From the NCBI GenBank assembly GCA_963789265.1, contig CAWBKB010000007.1:64001-128000 (forward strand): DNA of 64,000 nt, written 5' to 3'. The notes below the pieces were generated by a model. That model had not been told where the DNA came from and did no database searches. It worked only from the letters and a program-made list of their open reading frames with translations. The position numbers and the translations under genes were made by a program. This DNA comes from an uncultured delta proteobacterium. Lineage in GTDB: Bacteria; Desulfobacterota; Desulfomonilia; Desulfomonilales; Desulfomonilaceae. This document shows, piece by piece, positions 48,784 to 60,154 of this stretch (its first letter is position 1; every line of letters begins with the position of its first letter).

Positions 48784-49625
48784 CTATTTAGGGAACGTGC
48801 CTTTGGACAGTCTGCTGCGGATGTCTTTCAGGATCGCATCGCTTCCTCTCTTGTGGAGGCCTGGGACAGCAAGTTCTCAACTTCCTGGTAATACTTGGTT
48901 GTGTGGACCCCCGGATGATAGACGCCCATGCCAGCCCCTGTCTTGTACGGCAGCGGGATCTCATTTTCAATATCATCAATCTTGATTCCGAAATTGTCGA
49001 GTATCTCACCAGACTTTCCGGCTCGTGGAGCACTTTCGGCCACAATATGGTGTGAAGCATGACCTTCCGGCTTAGGAATTCCGGCTTTCTCGAGGTTCTT
49101 TCCAAGTGTTCTCGATGAGCCGATAAAGGGTAGCCAACTGGTTAACGTGTCCCAAGTATCCTGAAATACTTGCCATAATTTGGCCGCGGCTTCTGCCTGT
49201 CTGTAAGCCGCCAATACCCCTTTTCCAAAGCCTTGCGCATAAGGAGAATTGTCGTTGGGATCACACGGAGGCAACTTTTCTTTGTTCCAGATGAGTTTTT
49301 GGGCGGTGTAGTATCCCTCCCAATAACTCGGATCATCCTCGGGTCTGCCTTCTGTCTTCGAGCGGCTAGCCCCTTTTGCATCTACATCTCTTCCCAACAC
49401 GACTGATTTGTCTTGTGTCTGCGAGTTTGCTTCCGTTCCAAAATGCTTCTTCACCGATTTCAGCAAATCCGCTACAGGCCCGCTTTCGTACTTGAGTGCC
49501 CTGTCCACATATCTGTCGACTTCTTTCGGATCTATCCGATTTTCATTTCTTGCTCCTCTGCGGCTTCAGCTATACTCCGGGTGGGTAGCGAACCACCATC
49601 GCCGTTGGTCCTCGGTTTCAATCAT
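48784..49625 (-). pseudogene. AHH-type HNH nuclease polymorphic toxin (in-frame TGA at 49566-49568; frameshift near 48838)
   Basis: AGGAG RBS; MIETEDQRRWWFATHPEYS*SRRG continues in frame into ORF 48828-49508; C-terminal HASHHIV...DIENEIPLP...HPGVHTTKY. Confidence 0.75.
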
Positions 49626-50108
49626 CCATTATTCTCCTGTCATCAAAGTGCAAATGTGAGACCACAAGTGAGGCGGATGAATTAAGGCTCGTTACTGAGT
49701 TGATTTAGCGAGATATTTGAGAATAAATGAGGTTAAGATTTATTTGGACTAATCTGAGGACTAGCTAATATAATTAGGCCCCTCTACTTTAATGGTATCA
49801 TAGAGAGCCTACGCGTCAATGATTCAATAGAAAACTTAAGCCACGCCAGATTTTGTAAAGGCTGGAGCCTCGGTCGGTTTAAGATTTGCTTGTCCGAAGC
49901 GAACGGCATCGCTTCCGAAGCGATCAAGATAATTCGGTGGCAGCAGCTATCCGGGAGCTTACCTTAAGAGTACAGAGTTCTTTCGCGAGATCGGCTTGCC
50001 GGGCCGACCCCGGCATCATGGGTTACCGGGCAGATCCTGGTAACCCGGGCAAAAAATCGTTTAATCCACATCTCACCCGAAATCCCAAACACGAACAACG
50101 AAACAGTC

Positions 50109-51407
50109 TTACGGGTTATCTCCTTGTCCCCCTTCTATGGCAGTCGGCCGCTCATGAACATCCCACATATCTGCATCGGTGAAGCAGCGCTCACTCTCGT
50201 CGGGTCGCATGGCATCCTTCTCCATCTTTCGGCGATCATAACTCGGATCAAGGACCTGATTATAGTATTCGTGCTGGATAAGCAGATTCATGATCTGGCT
50301 GGTGCCGGTCCATATCATGGCAAGTCGTGTGTCTCTGACGGCCCGTTCTATCGGGTAAACATCGGTATAACCGATTCCTCCCATGATCTGCATCGCGTTG
50401 TTTACCACGTTCCATGCCGCCTGAGTGGCAAAGCTCTTGGCCTCGCTGACAAGGCGCCTCGCGTAAGGATAGTTGTTATCCACCGCACGTGCTGCGCAAT
50501 ATGCTAGTCCACGAGCTGCATCCAGTTGCGTAATGGACTCGGCAACCATGAAGTTGACGGCCTGAAACTCTCGGATGTGTTTGCCGAAGGCTTTCCGCCG
50601 ATTGGAATACCTTACCGCCAGGTCAAGAGCGCCCCAAATGCCCAGACAACCTGCCGCCGAGGTCAGACGTTCCGGGATCATCATTTGGTTAAAGCAGGCC
50701 GCACCGCTGTGTAGTTCGCCGATAAGGTTTTCCTTCGGCACTTTGACATCCCTGAAGACCAGTCGTCCGGTCCCGCCTCCCTTGCACCCCATCAGTCCAT
50801 ACAGGTACTCTGTTTCCACGCCGGGGCCCTTCTCCACGATTAACAGACTCAGTCGATTGTACTTGTGGCAATTGGGCTCGAAATTGGTCCGGCAATAAAC
50901 CACGAAAAAGTCAGCGCCTTCGGCTCCCACCACGAACCGCTTTTGTCCGGTGAGAACAAAGTGATCGCCATCGAGAACCGCCTTAGTAGTGGCGCCAAAA
51001 AAGTCAGATCCTCCCCTTGGTTCGGTCAAAGCCTCGGCAGCTACGAATTTCCCTTCGACATAGGGTTTGAGATACTTTTCTTTTTGTTCTTCCGTACCGA
51101 ACTTATTCAGGGCTTCCCCCACGATGGAAGGCATTACAAATGCACATCCGAGAGCCATGCCAAGACAACCGATCTCTTCAGTGGCTGCCACTTCAGCCAC
51201 CCAGGACATGCCTCTTCCTCCATAACGCTCGGGGAACCGAATTCCTCGGAGATTGCGTTTGGCCAGTTTTTCCACGAACTCGCGAGGATAGGTGATTTCA
51301 TCTTTATCCATCTGCCTCAAGAACTCGCTTGTCACTTCCGCACGTACAAAATCGCGTGCCTCCTGCTTCAAAGCCTGCTCTTCAGGTGTAAGCAAGAAAT
51401 CGTACAT
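50109..51407 (-). CDS. Acyl-CoA dehydrogenase
   Basis: ALTEPRGGSD, GQKRFV, RKAFGKHI, QIMGGIGY, IWTGTSQI; AAGGAGG RBS before ATG 51407. Confidence 0.93.
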   Translation of the reverse strand: MYDFLLTPEEQALKQEARDFVRAEVTSEFLRQMDKDEITYPREFVEKLAKRNLRGIRFPERYGGRGMSWVAEVAATEEIGCLGMALGCAFVMPSIVGEALNKFGTEEQKEKYLKPYVEGKFVAAEALTEPRGGSDFFGATTKAVLDGDHFVLTGQKRFVVGAEGADFFVVYCRTNFEPNCHKYNRLSLLIVEKGPGVETEYLYGLMGCKGGGTGRLVFRDVKVPKENLIGELHSGAACFNQMMIPERLTSAAGCLGIWGALDLAVRYSNRRKAFGKHIREFQAVNFMVAESITQLDAARGLAYCAARAVDNNYPYARRLVSEAKSFATQAAWNVVNNAMQIMGGIGYTDVYPIERAVRDTRLAMIWTGTSQIMNLLIQHEYYNQVLDPSYDRRKMEKDAMRPDESERCFTDADMWDVHERPTAIEGGQGDNP

Positions 51408-51616
51408 CAGTACCTCCTTTTTTCCCTTCTTCACGGAAACCGCTGCATATCGCTTCAAAGTTAGCGGTTACCTGGTTCCTGTCAATCAGAACCGGTCGAG
51501 ATGGATGCATGAGCGGGGATTACCTGCTGTTGATTGATTTGTCAATCAATTCTTTCGGCTGCCACGCCAGCAACCTGTTCTTTGGAAAATACGGTCTCGT
51601 ATTCTGGTTCAACAGC

Positions 51617-51851
<235 letters not shown>

Positions 51852-51942
51852 TCCTGTTCCTCGATCCATCTCCGCCAACGGATGCACCAGTTATTGTGGG
51901 ACAATCTCTTAGTTCCGTTAGGATTAGTTATCAGGCATTATC

Positions 51943-52915
51943 TTATCTGCCGTGATACTTCGGAAGTCTGTTCAGAATGCCGCGCTCGATTGTCGCGGCC
52001 GGCCCCGATGCGCCCGATTCTCTGCCGGGACCGCCCAAACCTTCCGTGTTCCGTTCTTCAGTCAATTTGATGGATTCGTCTGTGACCCATGCCAGGGGCT
52101 CTCCAGAGTTGTTAACAAGTTCAAAGTACCCGGGCATACTCGACCTGACCAATGCGGTACGCAGGTGCTCCAAAATATGTCGCTTTTCTTCCTGAGGCAG
52201 ATCCGGCCACTCGGAACCCGCAGTGAAGGACCTGTAATCTTTACTTGCGCTTGAAAGGACAGAATTGCTGATCAGGCGCTGGACTTCAAACTGAATTATT
52301 CTCGCTCCAGCTTGCCTTGCCATATCACGGGCAGCTTGTTTCGCGGTTTTCCCCTTGGGAATCTCTTTGCGAATATCCGCTGCCCTTTTCTCCATAACGC
52401 CTTCAGTCATGGGGAGAATGGCGTTTCTTGAACAGAAAGAACAGTAGAATTCCTATGGGGATAGCAATTATGTACCCGAGCGTCCTGGCAGAAACGCGGT
52501 CCATCAGACCTTTTCCAGGTTCCGCAGCCTCCCATCTGTCCTCACCGGGCAGTATATGGCCGCATTCCGGGCACGAAAGCATCCTCTGAGAGACCCGTGC
52601 TCCGCACTGAGGGCAGGATAAGCCATCCTTTTGGGCATCCTCCCGGTGGATGCCTACGTACGCTACTTCTGCGGTAGGGGACTCTTGGGGTTCATTTGTC
52701 GGAGTAATGCTTTCTTTCCGCTGGAGCGGAATTGCAGACCGCGATTTCAGTTCGGAAGGATCGAGAAGTTTTCTTTCGAGCAGGATACGCATCAGCTTGT
52801 CCAGCTTCGGGCGAGTCAGGCCGTGCAATCTCATCAGGTCTTCGTAGCTTTTGCCGTCGCGAAAGTCCCGCAGAAACTTTTTCGCATTTACTTTTTGTGG
52901 ATTCTGTTCCATCAA
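51943..52915 (-). CDS. Double zinc-ribbon membrane protein (probably one gene, +1 frameshift near 52425)
   Basis: CPQCG...CPECG then a TM segment; removing one A gives FKNAILPMTEGVMEK, joining ORF 51943-52410; ATGA overlap with the kinase stop. Confidence 0.65.
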
Positions 52916-55900
52916 GGATCACCATCAATATTCGCTGAGATTACCCACTCCAGCCCCCATAGTCTAGCTGAACCATCGCTGCTTCCACTCGCGATCAGCG
53001 AAAGATTCGGAAAGAAACACGCGGCCCTGACTGGTGAAGAGTGCCCCTCCACTGTCGCCAAGCACTTTTGCTCTGAAATATCCCAGACGCGCAATGAACA
53101 GTCGTCCGAGCCCGTCACCCAAAACCGTTCATCTTTTGCCGGTGCTACAGCTCGCACCGCGGCCCTATGGCCCCTGAGGGTGACGACATTTACACCTGAC
53201 CCTATCATGTACACCATAACCTCGCCGGTTTCCATTCCCGCGATTACTTTGTCGTCTGAGGCAGTAGGCATTAGCGACGTTATTTTTATGCCCAGATCCC
53301 GGAACGCGCCCTGATTGCGCCCGTTGGCGACGGACCATCGCTGAACGAGCTTTTCTTCCCGCAAGCTGTAGATGGTGTCCAGCCGTTTGGAAAAGCATAC
53401 GAAATCGGGGCATAGGATGGGCACTCCTGCCCGCCTTTTGCCGTCGGTCTTCAGATTCATTAGAAGGACAGAGTCGTCCGAGGAGATGGCGGCCAGTTCC
53501 GAGCCGTTCTCAGAGAGGGATATGGGAAGCCTCAGCCCTGCTATTTCTTCTGTAACGTTCCCAGCGAGGTCCCACCTTCTTAAAATCCCGTCCGTGCTCC
53601 AGGTAACGACCCCAGCGCTTCTCGGCAGAAAGAGAACCTTGTGTACCGGGCTGTTGACGTCGAAGCGCTTGATGCAGTGACCCGTAACGACGTCCCACAT
53701 CGCGGCGGTACCGTCGAGGCTTCCTGTCAGGAGAACCAGACTGTCGGAGCTTGGAGCCAGGGTCACCACCGCATCCTCATGGCCATGAAAAGACCTGACA
53801 AATGCTGCTGATTGCAAACGCCCTCGTGGTGTATCCTGCAACGTGTTTCGGACGAGTATGGCCTCCCTGGACCAACAGAAACCGGGAACATTCCTGAGTC
53901 GCTCGAAAGAAGCCAGCGCCTCGGTTCGGCGTCCCTTTCGCCATGCCAAGTGGAAACCTTGGATTGCATCGTTAAAGGATCTGTGCAATCCGACCAGTTC
54001 TCCGAAGGTCTTCGGACGACATATAGCCGGTTCGAGAAAGTCCTTGGCAAACCAACCTGTGTCAAGGGACCAGAGCCTGACCGAGCCATGTGCGCCGCCG
54101 CTTATAAGTCGCTTTCCGTCTGAAGTAACGGCACAACACGTGGCTACTTCCCCAGGCGAAATGAGAGTTCTGTAGCACCGCCCACTGGCGCTCTCCCACA
54201 CCTTTATGGTCTCGTCCTCAGAGGAGGAGATAAAATACTTTCCATCGGGCATGAAGCGCACGGTAGTCACGTTCCCGCGGTGTCCGGCGAAGCGAGCTAT
54301 TTCCTCACCCGAATCTGCGTCCCAAAGCCCGACCAACTCGTCTTTACCGCCTGTGAGGATTACGTCACCTTCGGGTGAGACATCCAGGCACGATACCGGG
54401 CCGCTATGCGCGGAAATAGTGAAGATCGGTTCCCGCGACTCAGCTACCGTGATCATCAGCCGGCCGTCTTCCGTCCCGACGGCAAGCCGTGCGCAGTCTC
54501 CCAGGAAAGCTAGAGACGAAATTTGTCCCGGAACCTTTGATGATTCCCGGGTTATTCTTTCTGAAGACGTGTCCAGAATACGCAAGCCTCCGGTTGATCC
54601 CCAGGCCGCGAGGTAACGCGAATTCTGCGAGAACCGTAACCCGACTGCGCCCATACCCTGGTACCGCCTGAGAAGCCGTGTCTGGTCCATATCCCACAGA
54701 TCCACTGTCTTGAAGGCTTCCCCATAAGAGGTGGCGGCAAGTTTGCCGTCAGGCGAAAAGGCCCCGGCAACGGGTACAAATGTGAATGTGCGCAGATTCT
54801 TATTGCAGCGACCGCTTTCCCGATCCCAAATGCGGATAGAGCGGTCCTCTCCGACAGAGAAAGCCCTTCCCAAGTCGGGCGAAAAGGCCACAGAAAGTAC
54901 TCCTTTGAGATGTCCTGCAAACGACGTCTGTTCCCCAATGGGAACCAGGCCAAGTGATTTTACAAAGTTCCCGGGCTCGCCCCCGTAATCTTTCCAGCGC
55001 TGCTGGTAGTGAGAACCGTCTCGACAGGCTTTCTGCAGGAGCGACGCTCCTACAAGCGAGTCCCCCCGCTGAAGCGCGATGAGGCCCATGAGATGCGAAT
55101 AGTCTAAACCTTCTCTCACCTCGATATTGAGCGATTCCATGCGGTTGATCACCTCTCGGTCGGAAATCGCCCCCTTTGCCCATCTGAGGCTGTGAAGGTT
55201 GTAGACTGTTTCCAAATGGTCCGGAATTGTTGAGTGAGCGTCCTCGAGGAGCGCTCTCGCCTCTTCTTGACGGCCAAGGTCCAGCAACGACACCGCCTGG
55301 TTGTTCAAGGAATCTGCCTTGAGGCCCACGATGTTCGGAGGCCGCCGGCATTCTCGACCGGGAAAGAGTTGCCCGTTCAGAGTTTCGAGAGCGCCACACA
55401 GCTCTACAAATGACGAATAGCGATTTTCCGGCTTCTTCTCCAGGCATGTCATTATGGTATCGGCCAGCGCACGGGGCAAGTCCGGGCGAATCGTAAGTGG
55501 GTCCACCGGCGGAACTTTCAAGTGGCTCCTCACCAGAGCGGGTAGTGAAGACCCTTTGGGCAACCGGAACGGCATGGTCCCGAGCGTGACTTCGTATAGC
55601 ATTACTCCGAAAGAATATATGTCCGACCGTATATCTTCCCGCCCTTTGTCCTTAAATCTTTCCGGGGCCATAAACCACGGTGAGCCAACGACCCCATCCT
55701 CGAAAAGGGTGACGCTGGTATCTGAATACCTACCGATGGAAGCATTAGAGTCCGCTTTGTCGCTATGCAGCTCCTGAGCGGGCTCTTCTACCCGCTTTAC
55801 CAGTCCGAAGTCAGTGATTTTCAGCGTTTTGTCGCGTCCCATGAGACAGTTTTGCGGCTTTATATCCCTGTGGATCATGCCTTTTTCTTCGGCGTACATC

Positions 55901-56595
55901 ATCCCGTGGCAAAACTGGAGCATCAGATCGACGACTGTCCGGAGGTCCCCGAGCAGTTTCTTGTCCTTCCAATCCTCCAGGGTTCCGCCATCCACATATT
56001 CGATGAATAGCCTGGGCAAGCCGCCGATCACGCGAGCGTAATAACACGTTGCGATATTGGGGTGCAGTCCGAGATCCACCCACAATTCAGCCTCTCTGAG
56101 AAAGCGGATGAGGTGGGCTTCACTTTTCACAGCCCTGCGCTGCGGAGTTTTGATCGCCAGCTTCATCTTCCATACGCGATGGAAAACGAAATATACCTTG
56201 CCCATCCCCCCGTGAGCCGATCCCAGGACCTCGTACAGCCCTTCTATAATTTCGCCTTTCTTCCAGTCGATTATTGCTTGGTCGAACTGCGGGTTCAAAT
56301 CAGCGCCCATGGTTCTTGAAGGGAATCTGATCGACGAGAGCCCGGGAGACTCGGGTGCAAAAGGAGCGACTGAAACTCGCAGGCCGCGCCTTTCGAGGAA
56401 CGTTATCAGTCTGTCGAGATCGCTGCTGACGACGACCTTGGCCATTGTGATTGGCCCATTATTGAGCAGCGCAGGTATGTCTTCCGGAGGGCGCTTGATC
56501 GTGCGTCCCAGAAGTTCCATGATCTTGGGCGGTAGCTCGTTCGGGTCCGCTGTGGCGGAAATCGTGAGGGAAACGTACGATGGATCGGTTTTCAT
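52912..56595 (-). CDS. Hanks-type Ser/Thr kinase with a TPR-like linker and WD40 repeats
   Basis: GGMGKVY, AIK, HRDIKPQN, DFG, APE, DIYSFG; many GH...WD/WE repeats in two blocks. Confidence 0.93.
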   Translation of the reverse strand: MKTDPSYVSLTISATADPNELPPKIMELLGRTIKRPPEDIPALLNNGPITMAKVVVSSDLDRLITFLERRGLRVSVAPFAPESPGLSSIRFPSRTMGADLNPQFDQAIIDWKKGEIIEGLYEVLGSAHGGMGKVYFVFHRVWKMKLAIKTPQRRAVKSEAHLIRFLREAELWVDLGLHPNIATCYYARVIGGLPRLFIEYVDGGTLEDWKDKKLLGDLRTVVDLMLQFCHGMMYAEEKGMIHRDIKPQNCLMGRDKTLKITDFGLVKRVEEPAQELHSDKADSNASIGRYSDTSVTLFEDGVVGSPWFMAPERFKDKGREDIRSDIYSFGVMLYEVTLGTMPFRLPKGSSLPALVRSHLKVPPVDPLTIRPDLPRALADTIMTCLEKKPENRYSSFVELCGALETLNGQLFPGRECRRPPNIVGLKADSLNNQAVSLLDLGRQEEARALLEDAHSTIPDHLETVYNLHSLRWAKGAISDREVINRMESLNIEVREGLDYSHLMGLIALQRGDSLVGASLLQKACRDGSHYQQRWKDYGGEPGNFVKSLGLVPIGEQTSFAGHLKGVLSVAFSPDLGRAFSVGEDRSIRIWDRESGRCNKNLRTFTFVPVAGAFSPDGKLAATSYGEAFKTVDLWDMDQTRLLRRYQGMGAVGLRFSQNSRYLAAWGSTGGLRILDTSSERITRESSKVPGQISSLAFLGDCARLAVGTEDGRLMITVAESREPIFTISAHSGPVSCLDVSPEGDVILTGGKDELVGLWDADSGEEIARFAGHRGNVTTVRFMPDGKYFISSSEDETIKVWESASGRCYRTLISPGEVATCCAVTSDGKRLISGGAHGSVRLWSLDTGWFAKDFLEPAICRPKTFGELVGLHRSFNDAIQGFHLAWRKGRRTEALASFERLRNVPGFCWSREAILVRNTLQDTPRGRLQSAAFVRSFHGHEDAVVTLAPSSDSLVLLTGSLDGTAAMWDVVTGHCIKRFDVNSPVHKVLFLPRSAGVVTWSTDGILRRWDLAGNVTEEIAGLRLPISLSENGSELAAISSDDSVLLMNLKTDGKRRAGVPILCPDFVCFSKRLDTIYSLREEKLVQRWSVANGRNQGAFRDLGIKITSLMPTASDDKVIAGMETGEVMVYMIGSGVNVVTLRGHRAAVRAVAPAKDERFWVTGSDDCSLRVWDISEQKCLATVEGHSSPVRAACFFPNLSLIASGSSDGSARLWGLEWVISANIDGDP

Positions 56596-56800
56596 GATTT
56601 GAGAAGGTCACACCTCGCCGGATACGCGCGGGTCAATGTTCGGCTAGCGTCAGATTGCACCGTCCCGCGAGACGCGGGATGCGCAGAGAACGCAGAAACA
56701 ACATAATTCTCCGCGGTCTCTGCGTTCTCCGCGGTGAACTGTTACAATTTTCGCGCTTACCACAATAAACTACCAGACCGAAAATTTCCCGAGAATTTGT

Positions 56801-57232
56801 CTATCCGCTGAAGTGCCTTCTCGTTACCGCAAGCGGCAGACCCGCCAATATCAGCAGCACCGCGTTGAAGGCAGCGTTGAAGTATACTCTGTGATAGATC
56901 GAAAGAGTTGTATCCAGGACAAACCATATTGCCAATCCGGTGACAATACAATTCCAGGCCCACCTTTCTTTCTTGGCAAATGGGTAATGCGCAATGAATG
57001 CCATAAACGCGCCCCAGCCGGCGATGGTAGCACCCCAAACTCCATAAACCCATTGCTGAAATTCCTTTGCACTTGCTCCGACAGCGCTCGCGCCCCAGAA
57101 GGCAGGATCAATCTGCCTATTGAACAAATCGAAAACGTGAGCCCCGCTCAACTTTGCCATCAAGGCTCCAAAGATGGTGATTATCGCACCGACAACGAAC
57201 AACCACCTTTGCCAGAACGAGAAATTTGTCAT
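56801..57232 (-). CDS. Hypothetical membrane protein with four TM segments
   Basis: AAGGAG RBS; four hydrophobic segments. Confidence 0.75.
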   Translation of the reverse strand: MTNFSFWQRWLFVVGAIITIFGALMAKLSGAHVFDLFNRQIDPAFWGASAVGASAKEFQQWVYGVWGATIAGWGAFMAFIAHYPFAKKERWAWNCIVTGLAIWFVLDTTLSIYHRVYFNAAFNAVLLILAGLPLAVTRRHFSG

Positions 57233-57413
57233 TGGATCGACTCCTTTCGTTATAAACCCGCTCTTCTATGAAGCCCGTGCAGCGATGTGCTCGTCGCGAA
57301 AGCTCCTCTTCCTGGCGATGAATCACCAGGCTACTTTCTGTCGCCCCCTTTGGGGGCTGATTAGATGATCTAAGTCAGCAATCCATTTACAAAGGGTTGT
57401 CCACAGCGTGCCT

Positions 57414-57851
57414 TCAAACTTCTAACACACTTTGCAGCCTGGTCTTTATCCTGTCCGCGTGAGATCCTTCCCAGTAGATGCGGCCGCACAAGGGGCATTC
57501 ATGAAATACTGCAACTTTGTCAAAAATCCTATCCGGGACTCTTCCCGCCACCTTTTCTGGCGTGGAATCGCAAACAGGGACATTGCAGATCAAACACCTG
57601 CTCAGGAAAAGATCCGGATCGGGGCAAACGCCTGCCTGCTCCAACACCTGCCTCAACTGTTCTTGGAGATCCTCGCCGCTGACGACGATCGCTTCGCCGT
57701 GAATGACCGATCGTCTCGCAGTCACGAATAATCGTCCGGCCGATGGAGCCGAACGAGGAAAGGCCGCGTCGAACCCGAGGATTCGCAGCCATTTGGTCAG
57801 GCGGCCGAGCATGCCGTCCACGTCGAACGTGATGGGGGGCTGATTGACCAT
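57414..57851 (-). CDS. Mut7-C RNase-domain protein
   Basis: DGMLGRLTKWLRILGFD, SRCLICN, CPLCGRIYWEGSH. Confidence 0.9.
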   Translation of the reverse strand: MVNQPPITFDVDGMLGRLTKWLRILGFDAAFPRSAPSAGRLFVTARRSVIHGEAIVVSGEDLQEQLRQVLEQAGVCPDPDLFLSRCLICNVPVCDSTPEKVAGRVPDRIFDKVAVFHECPLCGRIYWEGSHADRIKTRLQSVLEV

Positions 57852-58125
57852 GACTTATTCCAACAGTAGGGCAGTCCGTCGCCGCAATTGCGTTTCGCTG
57901 AAATCGGCCGCCGACGGGCGCGGCCCGCCCTACCCTGCAACATTCAATTGCACTGTTGGATGATAGGCAATCACAGCCTCAAATTCAACGAGCCTCTGTT
58001 CAGAGAAAAGGCAGCCGATTACGCTACCTTCAGTTCATGACTCACAAAATCGTTGCAATCCGCGATCAAAGCAGTACAACATGCAATTTATCGAGTCTCG
58101 CTTCACCCTTGGAAGGGCGTTCAAC

Positions 58126-58497
58126 ATGAAAATCAAAATCAGTATAGGCAAGCTTTCTGTGGAAGCTGAACTCAACGATACTCCCTCCGCGAAGAAAGTC
58201 GCGACCGCGTTGCCGCTCGAATGCTCTTTCAGCACCTGGGGAGACGAGATCTACTTCTCTATCCCGGTGACCGCACCTCTGGATGAAACCGCAAAAGAGG
58301 TTGTGGAAATCGGCGACCTCGGATATTGGCCGACCGGTAAGGCATTCTGCATATTCTTCGGCCAAACGCCAATGAGCCAACCGGACAGAATCGTGCCCGC
58401 GTCCGCCGTGAATATCATCGGCAAGGTTTTGGGAGATCCCGCGAAATTCAAAGAGGTCATGAACGAGCGGGCAGTGACTCTGGAGAAGGTTGAATAG
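58126..58497 (+). CDS. Cyclophilin-like fold protein
   Basis: AELNDT...LP...WGDEIYF...GDLGYWPTGKAFCIFFGQTP...VNIIGKV. Confidence 0.88.
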   Translation: MKIKISIGKLSVEAELNDTPSAKKVATALPLECSFSTWGDEIYFSIPVTAPLDETAKEVVEIGDLGYWPTGKAFCIFFGQTPMSQPDRIVPASAVNIIGKVLGDPAKFKEVMNERAVTLEKVE

Positions 58498-58499
58498 GA

Positions 58500-58678
58500 C
58501 TAGTCTCAATACCTCGGCAGCATTCGAAGGCATGCCGGATACAAGTGCTGCCACTCATCGGCTGATCCGGGTAATAGATGAGTCCGGCGAAGATTACGTT
58601 TATCCCGAAGACGATTTTGCTCCGATCACACTACCGGAGGGCTTGGTCGAGGCCCTCGATCTGGCTGTCAAGCCGTAG
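58500..58678 (+). pseudogene. 5'-truncated fragment of a small hypothetical protein
   Basis: LIRVIDESGEDYVYPEDDF motif, recalled from small TA-associated genes; no convincing start or RBS. Confidence 0.5.
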
Positions 58679-58757
58679 CCCATGTAGGGTGAGGGGTACG
58701 CACCGCCTCAATCGTGATCTTATCGGAGTTCTTGAAAGTAATCACGGATAGACTTGC

Positions 58758-58828
<71 letters not shown>

Positions 58829-58918
58829 AAGACACGGTCCCCATTTGCTGAGTTCCAACTGCAAACCCTAAATTTTTGAAAACAGCTAATCCGAATTCAC
58901 ATTCGCGTCGGGTCCTAA

Positions 58919-59256
58919 TTACGGTGCGAACATCTCTTGCAGGTACCTGCTAATGCGCGGCCAAGCGTGGATGAAGTGAGCTTTCCAAGCCGCTGAATCA
59001 AACGTCCTTGGTCCACTGCGCGAATTTGGTCGAGAACCACATAGCCTGACCTGCCTTGGAAGCGGCATGGCACGCGAAATGGGTACGCATGTCCGCCGGT
59101 CGTGAGAGGTGCGACAATGAAAGTTTGCAAATGAGCATTGAGCTCATCAGGCGATACGATAACGCAAGGACGAGACTTTTGAATTTCGCTCCCTCTAGTG
59201 GGACCGAGACCAACCAGGAATACGTCACCGCGTCGGACGTCCTCGGCCGTCACCAT
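58919..59256 (-). CDS. MazF/PemK-family toxin (frameshift near the C-terminus, ~58945)
   Basis: RRGDVFLVGLGPTRGSEIQKSRPCVIVSPDE...LDQIRAVD; shifted frame ends LQEMFAP*. Confidence 0.9.
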
Positions 59257-59498
59257 TCCCAATCCTTCTCGTCAAAATTGGTGGAAGTGGGCGGATCGAG
59301 CAACCTATCGTCATCCCACTCATGCATTCCCTTGGCTGCATCAGCCCACCCGGACCGAGGAGTGGCCGCCGGCTCGATAACGATGGTCCCATCTTTTACT
59401 CTCAGTTCCACTTCATCGGTCAAGCCGGCTTCCTCTATGAGTGGCTTTGGTAACCGGATACCACGCGAATTGCCAATGCGGACCAACCGGGTTTTCAT
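59250..59498 (-). CDS. AbrB/MazE-family antitoxin
   Basis: LVRIGNSRGIRLPKPLIEEAGL...PRSGW. Confidence 0.92.
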   Translation of the reverse strand: MKTRLVRIGNSRGIRLPKPLIEEAGLTDEVELRVKDGTIVIEPAATPRSGWADAAKGMHEWDDDRLLDPPTSTNFDEKDWEW

Positions 59499-59517
59499 GG
59501 TAGCGCCTCACACTTGA

Positions 59518-59531
59518 AATGTAATTACATT
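59518..59531. promoter_or_regulatory. TA operator palindrome
   Basis: Perfect 14-bp palindrome AATGTAATTACATT upstream of the antitoxin. Confidence 0.7.
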
Positions 59532-60154
59532 ATAAGTACTCATTGAGGTCACGTCAAGGCTGGAGGGCAGGGATTTTCCGGCTATTTAGACCTGCGCGGC
59601 AAGGTTCAAGTTTGCGGATGACCGTTAGACAGCCCGTGCAGGACGTGGTCAGCGAAGCCAACTGTCCCAAGATACGTCCCATTCCCAGACAAGGCCGCGA
59701 ACGATGCGGTTCCCCCGCTGCTCGCGGAGTCACCGAGATCCAATGCATTAGACCCGCGGGACAGAGATATTCCATCACATCAATAACTTGCCCGACCGAC
59801 CGTTAGGTTTTACAACGAATGGTTGACCAGCCTAATTAATTGCGAGACAATATAATTGTAAGGAGGAGGAAACGGGAAAACATGAACCTCCAAATTTATT
59901 TTAGTGGGACAGGCTTCCAGCCTGCCACTGATGGACGGGCAGGATGCCCATCCCCACTGCAAGATGCCCGTGGCCACCGAATCATTATCGGCTTCCTGAT
60001 TAGTTTTGAAAATCCCTGTTACTGAGAAGGCACAATTCGAAACAGAACTTATCTTGGCATTTTGTGCGATCTCTGCGGTAGAGAATGCGCATAATGTATC
60101 CAATATGTAGTCAACTGTCTCTCAAAATGTAAAGCCACACTTAGGACAAAAATC

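Noticed and set aside
49566..49568. Selenocysteine at the in-frame TGA
   Set aside because: No redox or Cys-like context and no clear SECIS-like hairpin; a TGG-to-TGA change is simpler.
49932..50004. c-di-GMP-I (GEMM) riboswitch-like sequence on the - strand upstream of the AHH toxin
   Set aside because: GGCAAG, GCGAAA, TAAG and GATAGC...GCCACCGAA resemble the motif, but the central GACGCAAA junction and clean P2 pairing are missing; cmscan would be needed.
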